A stretch of 64,000 nucleotides of DNA, from positions 648,471-712,470 of the forward strand of contig CAWBYO010000005.1 in NCBI GenBank assembly GCA_963793075.1. The letters run 5' to 3'. The position numbers and the translations under genes were made by a program. Under the pieces are notes generated by a model that was not told the DNA's origin, did not search any database, and saw only the letters and a program-made list of their open reading frames with translations. Source of the stretch: an uncultured Alphaproteobacteria bacterium (lineage in GTDB: Bacteria > Pseudomonadota > Alphaproteobacteria > Rhizobiales > Methyloligellaceae). Below, one piece after another: positions 12,534-26,032 of this stretch (position 1 is the stretch's first letter; each line of letters opens with the position of its first letter).

Positions 12534-12915
12534 CTTATCCCCGCCCGCAATACCGCGCTTACACTCCCATCACCTCGTCCGTTGAGGGGCGCGCTCTAGA
12601 GGCGTCTTGATCGCGGGGCGGGGTGCGGCGCCCGCGGGCTTCATCGCAGCGAAGCACTCGGGCGGTATCGGGGCTCCCCCCGGGACCACTAGGAGTCCCC
12701 GCCAGGAGCTGGCAGTTAGATCCCGGACAGACAGTCCGGGATTGAAGCGGGGCCCGAGGCCGTAAGACGCCGTGATTGGCGCGCCGCGAGGCGCCCGCCG
12801 CGATCCCACAAGGATCGCGGATACCACAAGGATTGCGCTTCTCGGCGCGCCATCCCCCTCACATCATGGGGGCGGATTTTCGGGAGGCAAAGCCCGGACG
12901 CTCCGCGTCGCGGCA
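12534..12915 (+). ncRNA. Candidate large structured non-coding RNA / long repeat, copy 1 (includes promoter-like 5' end)
   Basis: 12534-12860 aligns end to end with the reverse complement of 39317-39644; multiple hairpins with compensatory changes; -10-like TACACT at 12560-12565. Confidence 0.7.
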
Positions 12916-12920
12916 GATCT

Positions 12921-15346
<2,426 letters not shown>

Positions 15347-15420
15347 CGGTCCTTAAGCGACATGAGCCGAGAATCGGCTGATACTCGCCCGAAAAGCCGC
15401 CTCTAGGGAGGTGGGTGGCG

Positions 15421-16063
15421 ATGGCGAGCGCGCAAGAAGATCAGATCGGCCTCATCATGCAACTCCGGCGTCGCGGCATCCGCGACCCGAGGGTGCTGCG
15501 CGCCATCGAGCGCGTGCCGCGCGAACTGTTCGTCGACGAGGCCTTCGCCGACCACGCTTATCAGGACATCGCGCTGCCGATCGACTGCGGCCAGACCATC
15601 TCGCAGCCTTTCGTCGTTGCCTACATGACCGAGAAGCTGGAGCTCGACGACCGCCACAAGGTGCTCGAGATCGGCACCGGCTCTGGCTACCAAGCCGCGG
15701 TGCTGTCGTATCTGTGCCGGCGCGTCTACACGGTGGAGCGCTGGCGCGAGTTGCAGAAGGCGGCGGAGCAGCGCTTGGCCGATCTCAAGATCACCAACGT
15801 CACGCACTATCATCGGCGACGGCTGGCTCGGCTGGCCGCCGCAAGCGCCGTTCGACCGCATCATCGTCACCGCGGCGGCGCTCGATGCGCCCGCGGCGCT
15901 GCTCGATCAGCTCAAAGAAGGCGGCCGCATGATCATCCCGCTGGGCGAGACGCGGGACGCGCAGTCGCTGGTGCAGATCGACAAGACGGATGAGGGGATG
16001 GTCGAGACGCCGCTACTGCCGGTGCGTTTCGTGCCGCTGGTGCATGGCCGGGTCAAGCGTTAG
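15421..16063 (+). CDS. pcm: Protein-L-isoaspartate O-methyltransferase; frameshifted
   Basis: VPRELFV, GQTISQP, VLEIGTGSGYQAAVL, PVRFVPLV. Confidence 0.94.
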
Positions 16064-16192
16064 CGCGAGGAGGCGCCTAAGTCGTTGTTCGTTGATTCAT
16101 TTTTAGGCAGGGCCGCAAAGAGGCTTAATGCGTTGTTTACCGCGCGCGCGCTTTACTCGGCGAAACGAGTATTGCGTGGGGGTCTAGTAGGG

Positions 16193-17518
16193 ATGCGGTT
16201 GGCGTTTTCGTCGAGTTGTGGCCGCGGCGCTTATGGCGTTGTGGTGGCCGCCGGGTTTGCGGTCGCCTTGGCGGCGTGCAGTTCCGGCGTCTCGCGTTTC
16301 GACTACCCGTCCTTCGGTCTCAGCGACAACAAGTCCGGCGAGGATGCGGACCTGACGACCACCTCGTCGCTGCCGGTTCCGTCCGAGTCGGTCTACACCT
16401 CCGGCCGCTATCAATATTACGGCGACCCGGCCAAGTCCGGCGGCATTTCTCGCTCCAGCCTGCCGCCGCCGCAATCCACGGCGGAATATACGCCGAGAGG
16501 CGGGGCTTATAGCGCCCAACGTGCGCCGCGTCCGGCGCCGCAAGCCGTGGCGTCGGGCCCGCGCATCAAAGTCCAAAGCGGCGACACCCTGTCCAGCCTG
16601 TCGCAGCGCTATGGCGTGCCCATCGACACCATTCAAAGCGCCAACAATCTTGCCGATGCGCGGCTCCGCACCGGCCAAGTGCTCGTCATGCCGGGCGCCC
16701 GCAATGCAGCGCCACCGCCGCGTGTCGCCGCAGCGACCACAGCGCCGGCGCCGGGAGAAACCAGCTACACCGTGGCGCCGGGCGACACGCCCCAAGCCAT
16801 CGCCGACAAGCTCGGCACCGACGCCGACGCGATCATGCAACGCAATGGCGTGCGCGCTGACAATCTGCAGATCGGCCAGAAGCTCATCATTCCGGCGGCA
16901 TCGTCCGCACCGGCCGTGGCCGCGGCAAGCTCGTCCGGCGTGCGCAAGGTGAAGACGACGACGATTCTGGCGCCTGGCGCCGCGCCGGCGACCGACAAAG
17001 CGCCCGCTGCCTCGCCCGAGGTCACCGGCAATGCGCCGAAGACTTCAGCGCCGGCCACGCCCAAGACGAGCGAGCAGACCATTGCTCGCGTCGATCAACT
17101 GCCAAATCCCGACCCGATGTCCGGCGGCAGCTTCCGCTGGCCGGTCAAGGGCCGCGTCATCTCCGGCTTCGGGACCAAGCCCGATGGCGGCCATAATGAC
17201 GGCATCAATATCTCGGTGCCCCAGGGCACCTCGGTCAAGGCGGCGGAGAACGGCGTCGTCGCCTATGCCGGCAGCGAGCTCAAGGGCTACGGCAATCTCG
17301 TGCTGGTCCGCCACGCCAATAATTGGGTGTCGGCCTATGCCAATAACGAGGAGCTGCTGGTCAAGCGTGGCGACAAGGTCCGCCGCGGCCAGATCATCGC
17401 CAAGGCGGGCGCCACCGGCTCGGTGAGCCAGCCGCAAGTCCATTTCGAATTGCGCAAAGGCTCGCGCCCCGTCGATCCGACGAAGTATATGAGCAACATG
17501 GCGGCCAGCGCCGACTGA
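16193..17518 (+). CDS. LysM-domain M23 peptidase-family lipoprotein (NlpD/DipM-like)
   Basis: Lipobox LAAC, two LysM repeats, FRWPVKG..NDGINI..HFELRKG; surE-pcm-nlpD synteny. Confidence 0.9.
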   Translation: MRLAFSSSCGRGAYGVVVAAGFAVALAACSSGVSRFDYPSFGLSDNKSGEDADLTTTSSLPVPSESVYTSGRYQYYGDPAKSGGISRSSLPPPQSTAEYTPRGGAYSAQRAPRPAPQAVASGPRIKVQSGDTLSSLSQRYGVPIDTIQSANNLADARLRTGQVLVMPGARNAAPPPRVAAATTAPAPGETSYTVAPGDTPQAIADKLGTDADAIMQRNGVRADNLQIGQKLIIPAASSAPAVAAASSSGVRKVKTTTILAPGAAPATDKAPAASPEVTGNAPKTSAPATPKTSEQTIARVDQLPNPDPMSGGSFRWPVKGRVISGFGTKPDGGHNDGINISVPQGTSVKAAENGVVAYAGSELKGYGNLVLVRHANNWVSAYANNEELLVKRGDKVRRGQIIAKAGATGSVSQPQVHFELRKGSRPVDPTKYMSNMAASAD

Positions 17519-17527
17519 CGCGCGTTT

Positions 17528-18377
17528 CTAGAGCGTCACGCCGAGGCGCCCGCCGAGATCCTGAATGAATTGCCAGGCGACCCGGCCCGAGCGGCTGCCG
17601 CGGCCGCGGGCCCATTCCAGCGCCTCGCGGGTCAAAGTCTCGTCCGTCACGTCGAGCCGGTAATGCTCCGCGTAGCCTCGCACCATGGCGAGGTAGTCGT
17701 CCTGGCTGCAATTGTGGAAGCCGATCCACAACCCGAAGCGGTCCGACAAGGACAGCTTCTCCTCCACCGCCTCCGACGGATTGATCGCGGTCGAGCGCTC
17801 GTTCTCCACCATCTCGCGCGGCATCAGATGCCGCCGGTTCGAGGTGGCGTAGAGCAGCACATTGGCGGGCCGGCCCTCGATGCCGCCTTCGAGCACGGCT
17901 TTCAGCGACTTGTACGAGGTGTCCACCGCCTCGAACGACAGATCGTCGCAGAACAGGATGAAGCGATGCTCCGGGGCGGCGCGCAGATGGCCGAGGAGAC
18001 GGGGCAGGGCGTCGATGTCCTCCCGGTGGATCTCGACCAGCTTCAGGCCCGGGAAGCCGCTGCCGTGAACGGCCTTGACCAGCGAGCTCTTGCCCATGCC
18101 GCGTGCGCCCCACAGGAGCGCGTTGTTGGCGGGAAGGCCGCGGCGCGAAACGCTCGGTATTGGCCACCAGCACGTCACGGCTGCGGTCGATGCCCTTGAG
18201 GAGCGGCAGAGGCACCCGATTGACCGCCCGGACCGGCAAAAAAGTCCCGGTCTCCGCCTGGAAAACGAAGGCATCGGCGGCCTTAAAGTCGGGTGACATC
18301 GGCCGGACTGGGCCAAGCCGCTCGAGCGCCTGGGCGATTCGCTCGATCAATCCCGAGATCGGTTCTTGAAAGTTCAT
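17528..18377 (-). CDS. AAA+ ATPase, DUF815 family; frameshifted
   Basis: PANNALLWGARGMGKSSLVKA, FCDDLSF, YATSNRRHL, EEKLSLSDRFGL. Confidence 0.9.
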
Positions 18378-18512
18378 GTCGGGCCCGTTGCAAAGGCGTT
18401 CTAGCTCAGTATAGTCGCGCCAAATCTCGCGATAAGAGCCTGTTCGCTACCGCGAGTAGGGCCCAAACTGGCCGAAAGCGGCCATCCTTAGGACAAGCAG
18501 GGGATACGAGCA

Positions 18513-18898
18513 ATGAACGGTTTCGCCTTCGCTCAGGCCGGCTCTGGCGGCTTTGAGATGCTGAATAGCCTGCTCGTCCCCACGGTCCTCATCATCGGCA
18601 TCATGTATTTTCTGATGATCCGGCCGCAGCAAAAGCGCATGAAGGACCATCGCGAGTTGATCGCCGGCATCCGGCGCGGCGATACGGTGGTGAGCTCCGG
18701 CGGCATCATCGGCAAGGTTACCAAGGTCGACGAGCATGAGCTTCAGGTCGAGATCGCCGAGGGCGTCAGGATCAAGATCGTGCGCTCGACAGTCTCCGAG
18801 GTGCGCGGCAAAGGGCGATGGCGGCGATGACGCAGGCCAAGCCGCAAGCCAAGACGGCGTCTAAGTCGACTCCCAAATCCAAGGCGGCGTCCGAGTGA
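18513..18898 (+). CDS. yajC: Preprotein translocase subunit YajC
   Basis: MYFLMIRPQQKR, GDTVVSSGGIIGKV; tail frameshifted. Confidence 0.93.
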
Positions 18899-18950
18899 CC
18901 CTGACGCGCGCGCTCGACATTTAGTCTGATCTGGAGTTTCAAACCCGGCA

Positions 18951-20570
18951 ATGCTGCATTTCCAAAAATGGAAGCTGATCTTGGTATTCGGCGTGGTGCT
19001 CGCCGGGTTCATCTTTTCGATTCCCAATCTGATCCCGGCCTCTGCCCTGCAAGGCCTGCCCAGCTGGGTGCCGCACAAGCAGGTCAATCTCGGTCTCGAC
19101 CTTCAGGGCGGTGCGCATCTTCTGTACCAGATCGACGAGAAGGAGCTGGTCGACGACTGGCTCGGCACCATCCGCGGCGACGTGCGCGAGACCCTGCGCC
19201 AGAATCGTGTCGGCTATACCGACCTCGCCCAGAACGACGCCGGCCGCAGCGTGTCCGTGCGGATTCGCAAGTCTGAAGACATGGACAAGGCCTTCAGCGA
19301 GCTGAAGAAGCTCGCGGTGCCGATCGGCAACGACGTGTTCGGCGGGTTTCTCCGGCGTCGATCTCGAAGTCAACCGCAACGACAGTGACGGCATTACCGT
19401 GAGCGTCACCGAAGCCGGACTCAACAATCGCATCAGCGCCGCCATCCAGGCCTCGATCGAGACCATCAGGCGGCGTGTCGATGCCTTCGGCACCACCGAG
19501 CCCAGCATTCAGCGTCAGGGCCGCAACCGTATCCTCGTGCAGGTGCCGGGCGTGTCTGACGTGGAGCGCCTCAAAGGCCTGATCGGCGAGACCGGCAAAC
19601 TCGAGTTCAAGCTCGTCGATCCCTCGGCCAATGCCGCCGAGGTGGCCGTCCAGCAAGAAGGTGCCGCCGGGCGACGAGCTGGTCTATTCCTCCGACGATC
19701 CGCCGGTTCCGTATGTGCTGAGGGACCAGGTCATGGTCAGCGGTGAGAACCTGGTGGACGCCCAGCCGGGCTTCGATTCGCGCAACGGCGAGCCGGTGGT
19801 GACGTTCCGCTTCGACGCCGCCGGCGCCAAGCGTTTCGGCCGGGTGACGCAAGAGAATGTCGGACCTGCCGTTCGCCATCGTTCTCGACAACAAGGTGAT
19901 CTCGGCGCCGGTCATTCGCGAGCCGATCCTCGGCGGCACCGGGCAGATCAGCGGCAACTTCTCGGTGCAGGAGGCCAACGATCTCTCGGTTCTGCTGCGC
20001 TCCGGCGCGCTGCCCGCCAAGCTCACCGTCATCGAGGAGCGCACTGTCGGGGCCAGCCTGGGCGCGGATTCCATCGCGAGCGGCAAGAAGGCGGCCATCG
20101 CCGGCCTGCTGCTGGTGGTGGTCTTCATGTTCCTCGCCTACGGGCTGTTCGGTCTGTTCGCCAACCTCGCGCTCATCATCAACATCGCCATGATCTTCGC
20201 CGTCCTGTCGCTCATGGGCGCCACGCTGACGCTTCCCGGCATCGCCGGCATCGTGCTCGTCATCGGTATCGCCGTCGACGCCAACGTGCTGATCAACGAG
20301 CGTATTCGTGAGGAGATACGATCCGGCAAGTCGCCCTTTGCCGCGGTCGATGCAGGCTATTCGCGGGCCTTGACCACCATCATCGACTCCAACGTGACGA
20401 CCCTGATCGCCGTCTTGGTGTTGTTCTGGCTCGGTTCGGGGCCGGTGCGCGGCTTCGCCGTGACCCTCACCGTCGGCATTCTCACCTCAATGTTCACCGC
20501 CGTCACCGTGACGCGCATGATGGTCGCCTACTGGCTGCGCCGGACGCGACCGAAATTCGTGCCAATCTAG
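18951..20570 (+). CDS. secD: Protein translocase subunit SecD; frameshifted
   Basis: LGLDLQGG, RILVQVPG, AIVLDNKVISAP, LRSGALP, TLTLPGIAG, VDANVLINERIREE. Confidence 0.96.
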
Positions 20571-20581
20571 GATCAGCCAGA

Positions 20582-21548
20582 ATGTTTCGTGGCATCACAC
20601 TCATCCCGCCGGACACGAAGATCGACTTTGTTGGTCAGCGCGCCATCACCTGGCTCGTCTCGGCCTTCCTGACGGTCGTCCCCCTCATTCTCGTGGCGAC
20701 GGTCGGCCTCAACATGGGTATCGATTTCCAGGGCGGGACCCTGCTTGAGATTCAGACCAAGGAGAGCCCCGCCAATCTCGCCGACATTCGCTCCAAGATC
20801 AGCGGGCTTGGTCTCGGCGAGGTCCAGATCCAGGAATTCGGCGCGCCGAACGCGGTTCTGATCCGCATCGCCTCGCAGCCGAAGGAGGAGGAGCAACAGG
20901 CCTCCATCGCCAAGGTGAAGGAGGCGCTCGGCGACACGGTGGAATATCGCCGTACCGAGATCGTCGGGCCGACCATTTCGTCCGAGCTGATCTCCGGTGG
21001 CACGGTGGCCGTGGTCTTGGCCCTGCTCGGCATCATGATCTATGTCTGGTTCCGCTTCGAATGGCAGTTCGCCGTCGCCGCCGTGGCCTCCCTGGTCCAT
21101 GACGTCACCGCCACCATCGGGCTCTACGCGCTGCTTCAGCTCGAGTTCAACGTATCGAGCATCGCCGCCATCCTCACCATCATCGGCTACTCGCTGAACG
21201 ACAAAGTCGTCATCTTCGACCGCATCAGGGAGAACTTGCGGAAATACAAACGCATGCCGCATGGTGAAGCTGCTCGACCTGTCCATCAACGAGATGCTGT
21301 CGCGCGCCGTGCTGACCCATGTGACCACTTTCCTCGCCATGTTGCCCTTCCTGTTCTTCGGCGGCGAGGCGATCTACGGCTTTGCCGTGGCCATGTGTTT
21401 CGGCATCGTCATCGGCGCCTATTCGTCGATCTTCGTGGCCTCGCCCATGCAGCTCATCCTCGGCGTGCGGCGCGACGCCTTCAGCGTGAGCCCCGATGCC
21501 GCCAAGGATTCCGCCAAGGGCCGGGCAGGGGCCGCTGCGGGCGCTTAA
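20582..21548 (+). CDS. secF: Protein translocase subunit SecF; frameshifted
   Basis: GIDFQGG, RFEWQF, IAAILTIIGYSLND.VVIFDRIREN, GAYSSIFVA. Confidence 0.96.
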
Positions 21549-21585
21549 GCCCACGGTGGGCCCAGCCCCATGAGGCGCGCCCGTG

Positions 21586-22436
21586 CATGACGCCGAGCGT
21601 TCCAAGACGGTGCGCGGCATCGCCCGCGCCGCCGATCCGGACCGGACGCTTGCCGCTCTGTTTGCGCCGCGCGCCGCGCGCGACGATCTCTTCGCCCTTT
21701 TCGCCTTCAATGCCGAGCTCGCCCGCATCGCCGATCAGGTGACGGAGCCGGGGCTCGGCGCCATCCGCCTGCAATGGTGGCGCGAAGCCATCGACACCGC
21801 GGCAGGCGGTGGCACCACCGGCCAGCCCGTGGCCGACGCCTTCGGCCAAGTGCTCGCCCGGCGGGCGCTGTCTCGCGAGCGCATCGGCGCGCTCATCGAT
21901 GCCCGCAGCTTCGACATCGGCGAGACGGTCATGCCCGATACCCGCACGCTCGACGCTTATCTGTTCGACACGACCGGCGGGCTCTTCGCCTTGGCGGCGG
22001 AGATCGTCGGCGCCTCAGGCGAGAACCGCGATCTCGTGGCGGAAGCCGGCGGCCGCGCCTACGGGTTGGTGCGTGTGATGAAGAGCCTGCCGATGCTTGC
22101 CGCCCAGGGCCGCACCTATCTGGCCGAGGATGCGCTTCGTCGTCACGGCACCTCGCCGCAAGCGATCTTCGCCGGCGAAAGCAGCCCCGGCCTCATGGCA
22201 CTTCTCGCCGAGATGCGGGAACGCGCGCGCGAGTCTCTGCGCGCGGCCGAGTTCCATCTGTTCGGCGAGGGCATGACCGGGACCGGCATCGATGAGAACG
22301 GCCGCACGGCCTTTTTGCCTCTCGGCTCTGGTCGAGCCCTATCTCACGGCACTGGCGAAGATCGGACGATCCTCTGCACGAGATTGTCCGCATCAACCCG
22401 CTTCGCCGTCTATGGCGCTTGGCCAGATCGCGCTAG
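21586..22436 (+). CDS. Phytoene/squalene synthase family protein
   Basis: DPDR.LAALFAP, LFAFNAELARI, GAIRLQWWRE; C-terminus frameshifted. Confidence 0.85.
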
Positions 22437-22447
22437 GCGCTTCCAGC

Positions 22448-23879
22448 CTATTCGGCGGCGACGGAGGCCGGCGCCGCGAGCCAAAGATCGAGATCGGCCA
22501 GCGCCCGGTTGGCCATGGCGCGCTTCCGCTCGAACGACTTGCCGCTGCGCGGGGCCTTTGGTCCTTTGGGCCCGCGCGGCTGGCGGGGCACGGAGATCGG
22601 CGGGAACAGACCGAAATTCACGTTCATCGGCTGGAAGCTGCGGGCGGCGCCTTCACCGTCGGCGCTCAAATGACCGCCGGTGATATGCGCCAGCAGCGCG
22701 CCGAGCGCCGTGGTCGCCGGCGGCGGCGCGAGGTCGGCGCCCAAGGCCTCGGCGCCAGCGAAGCGCCCAGCGATCAGCCCGATAGCGGCGGATTCCACAT
22801 AGCCCTCGACACCGGTGATCTGCCCGGCAAAGCGCAAACGGGGATCGGCTTTGAGGCGGAGGCTCTCGTCCAGCAGCGTCGGGCTGTTGAGGAAGGTGTT
22901 GCGGTGGAGCCCTCCGAGGCGGGCGAACTCGGCCTCGCCGAGGCCCGGGATCAGGCGGAACACGCGCGCCTGTTCGCCATGCTTCAGCTTGGTCTGGAAG
23001 CCGACCATGTTCCACAAACTGCCGAGCGCGTTGTCCTGGCGCAGCTGCACCACCGCATAGGGCTTCTCGTCAGGCTGGTGCGGGTCGGTCAGGCCGACCG
23101 GCTTCATCGGTCCGTAGCGCAGCGTTTCGCGGCCGCGCTCCGCCATCACCTCGATGGGCAGACAGCCCTCGAAATAGGGCGTCTTCTCGAAGTCCTTGAA
23201 CGCGGTCTTCTCGGCGGTGAGCAGCGCGTCGATGAAGGCCTCGTACTGGTTCTTTGTCGAGCGGGCAGTTGATGTAGTCGGCGCCGCTGCCGCTCGGGCC
23301 GACCTTGTCGTAGCGCGACTGGCGCCAGCAAATGTCCATGTCGATGGAGTCCAGATGCACGATAGGCGCGATGGCGTCGAAGAAGGCGAGTTCCGTCTCG
23401 CCGGTGAGCGACTGGATGGACTTGCGGCGAGCGCCGGCGAGGTGAGGGGGCCGGTCGCCACGATGACGCTGCGCCACTCGGCAGGGGGCAGGCCGGCGAT
23501 CTCGCCGCGGCTGATCTCGATCAGAGGATGCGCCTCAAGCGCCGCCGTCACCTCCGCGGCAAAGCCCTCGCGGTCCACGGCCAAGGCACCGCCCGCGGGC
23601 AGCTTGTGCTTGTCGGCGGAGGCCATGATCAGCGAGCCGGCCCGGCGCATCTCCTCGTGCAGGAGGCCGACGGCGTTGGTCTCCCATTCGTCGGAGCGAA
23701 AGGAGTTGGAGCAGACCAGCTCGGCCAGCGCGTCGGTCTGATGGGCCTCGGTTCTGCGCACGGGCCGCATCTCGTGCAGGCAGACGGTCACGCCGGCTTC
23801 CGCCAGCTGCCAAGCCGCTTCGCTGCCGGCGAGCACCGCCGCCGATCACATGAACCGTATCCGCCCCATCCTTGGTCAT
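22448..23879 (-). CDS. trmFO: Folate/FAD-dependent tRNA (uracil-54) methyltransferase TrmFO; frameshifted
   Basis: [60 protein letters not shown]. Confidence 0.95.
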
Positions 23880-24133
23880 GGCCGTACCTAGGCCCGCATG
23901 GCCGGAAGTTTCAAGCGGAACAAACCCTTGTCGGCGGCCGAAGAGGCCAGGATGAACGACTATTTGTTGGGCAAAAGACTAAAGTTTGTTCAGCGCAGGG
24001 CCACTTTGGGCTATAGTTGTGCGGGAAGCCGAGTTGACCTGGCAACACAATCGGCTTCCATTCAGTGAGCCGGTGGATTGCCGGCAATCGGCGGCATCCG
24101 CCCGCTCTCTTTTTTTCAAAAAAGGGGGGTGAA

Positions 24134-24671
24134 ATGTCCGCGAATACTGCTCTTGCAATCAGCGTTGGTGTGCTTGGCGCCATCGCCACGTGGCTGTTCT
24201 TAGGGCCGCTTGGTGGGGCACTGGCGATTTGGGCCGCCTTTATCGCCTGGGGCTGCTTCTTCCATTGTGGTGGTAGCGAGTTGGGCCTGCAATCGGCCAT
24301 TCTTGGCAATGTCGCCGGCGCCATTATCGCCGGCATCACGCTTTGGGTCGCGACCCAGACAGGTCGTCGGCGACAGCCTCGGCCTGCCGGTGTGGGCCGG
24401 CATTTGCGTCGGCGTCGGCGTCGCGGTGATGGTGCTGCTGGGCAATATCCCGATCTTCTCCGCCATTCCGGCGCAGGTCTATGGCTTCGCCTCCGTGGTG
24501 GCCCTGACTCTGATGGGGAACGGGGCAGGGAACCTGGCCGCCGCGTCCATGGCCAACCCGGTGGTCGTCATCATCCTGTCGATGATCGTCGGCGCCATCT
24601 TCGGCTGGGTTTCCGAGAAGGTCGCGGGCATGCTGGCCGGATCCGGGCACCGCGCCCACGCCAAAGCCTAA
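24134..24671 (+). CDS. DUF1097 family membrane protein; frameshifted
   Basis: ALAISVGVLGAIATW, WAAFIAWGCFFH, IPAQVYGFAS, SMIVGAIFGWVSEK. Confidence 0.8.
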
Positions 24672-24733
24672 CACCGCAAATACGGCTGCCTGGCCACGGG
24701 ACCCCCTAGGCCCGGGGCTTGCATAGCCGGTTG

Positions 24734-24767
24734 ACGGCGTGACCTTATAACGAGGTCACGCCGTTTA
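24734..24767 (+). terminator. Probable intrinsic terminator
   Basis: ACGGCGTGACCT-loop-AGGTCACGCCGT stem followed by a T-rich tail. Confidence 0.6.
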
Positions 24768-24887
24768 TTCTTTCGGGTGAACCTTGGGGCAACCCTGTTT
24801 TCGGGAGCCGCTTGCGCGGGGCCTAGGAGATCGGCAAGGTGCGGCCTTCCTCATGGTCCCGAACCTTTACGGAGGACTTGAAAGCCG

Positions 24888-25700
24888 ATGCCCTCCGTCG
24901 ACGTCGTATGGACCGGCCATTGCCGCGACCCGAAAATCCGGTACCGGCTGCTCGGTCATCTGCACCGGCTCGCCGCCTTGAGCGATAGTTATCTTCGCCA
25001 GGGCGAGCCCCCCTTCGTCCTGAGCCTGGTTGGCGAGAAATACACCGCGCCGCCGCGTGCCAATATCGAGACGATCGATCATGACGTTTGCGGCCGGATC
25101 TTGATATCGAGCTGGATCGGGCCGCATCCGGAGACGCTCGTGACCCGGGCCCGCGAAGCGGGTCTCACCGTGGTCGAGCCGGACGGCGACGGGCCCCAAC
25201 TCATCGCGCTGGACCGGGTGCGCTTGCGCGGGCTCGACTTCAAGCTGTTCGATCCGGAAGGGCTCTATCCCGGCGCCGACCGCATGAGCTTCGTGTTTCT
25301 CGAATGCCCGGAATTTCACTTCCTCGACGGCCGTCTCGTGGAGATCGCTGCGGGCAACGGCAAGGGCAAGGGAGAGGGCCGCGGCGGCGTGGATGCTCTT
25401 CGCGCCGGCAATGTCTATCTCACCAGCCCCAGCGTCCACCTCCGCGCCTATCTGGAGGATTGGACCGACTGTCTGTTCTCCTGGATCAGGTTCTTCCTGG
25501 TCGGGGACTTTTGGTGGCAACGCCGCGAGGAGCTGCAAGGCTATAGCGACTATCGCGGCGTGTTCGAACAGCTGCAGACCGAGCGCGGCAGCGCGACCGC
25601 CGAAGAGGCGACGTTCGATGCGGTGCTCTCGACCTTCGAGCATCATGCCGAGCACCGGATCGATGAGATTCAGAGCCGCGCCCAGGCCAAAACGCGGTAG
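24888..25700 (+). CDS. Hypothetical protein (270 aa)
   Basis: Uninterrupted ORF with GGAGGA RBS and host-like codon usage; no recognised motif. Confidence 0.7.
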   Translation: MPSVDVVWTGHCRDPKIRYRLLGHLHRLAALSDSYLRQGEPPFVLSLVGEKYTAPPRANIETIDHDVCGRILISSWIGPHPETLVTRAREAGLTVVEPDGDGPQLIALDRVRLRGLDFKLFDPEGLYPGADRMSFVFLECPEFHFLDGRLVEIAAGNGKGKGEGRGGVDALRAGNVYLTSPSVHLRAYLEDWTDCLFSWIRFFLVGDFWWQRREELQGYSDYRGVFEQLQTERGSATAEEATFDAVLSTFEHHAEHRIDEIQSRAQAKTR

Positions 25701-25715
25701 CTGCCGCTCCGCCGC

Positions 25716-26009
25716 CTATTTGGCCAGCGGCTTGCCGAAGGCCTTGCGGAGTTCGTCCTTGGCCTGCTCCAGCCTCGCGCGGTCTTCTTCGGACAAGTTC
25801 TTGCCCGCGCGGTTGATGTAGAACACCAGCATGGACATGGCCGACCGGTACGGATCGGCTTTGCGGCGCTTGCTAGCCTCGGCCGAGTGCTTCAACGAGG
25901 CGGCGATCGCCTTCGGGTCCTGAAGCGTGAACACGCCCTTCTTCAGATCCAGCGCGTGGGAGGATTCCGTCACATCGTGCGACCAGCGTTTCGGCGTTTT
26001 CCCGGTCAT
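25716..26009 (-). CDS. DUF3175 domain protein
   Basis: KRWSHDVTESS.ALDL..GVF, IAASLKHSAE.S.RRK..PYRSAMSML.FYINRAG. Confidence 0.85.
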   Translation of the reverse strand: MTGKTPKRWSHDVTESSHALDLKKGVFTLQDPKAIAASLKHSAEASKRRKADPYRSAMSMLVFYINRAGKNLSEEDRARLEQAKDELRKAFGKPLAK

Positions 26010-26032
26010 GCGAAGTCCCTGTGCCCGTGACG

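Noticed and set aside
12570-12827. Similar short ORFs (YGLGPRFNPGLSVRDL..SSWRGL) at 12570-12827 (-) and 39286-39701 (+) as a duplicated protein gene
   Set aside because: Similarity is spread over three frames in copy 2, there is no shared start or RBS, and the differences preserve base pairing on the opposite strand, which fits a structured RNA better. Indel noise makes the frame argument alone weak.
16125-16140. CtrA-like site TTAA-N7-TTTA upstream of the LysM/M23 gene
   Set aside because: One mismatch and no independent support; plausible but too weak to call.
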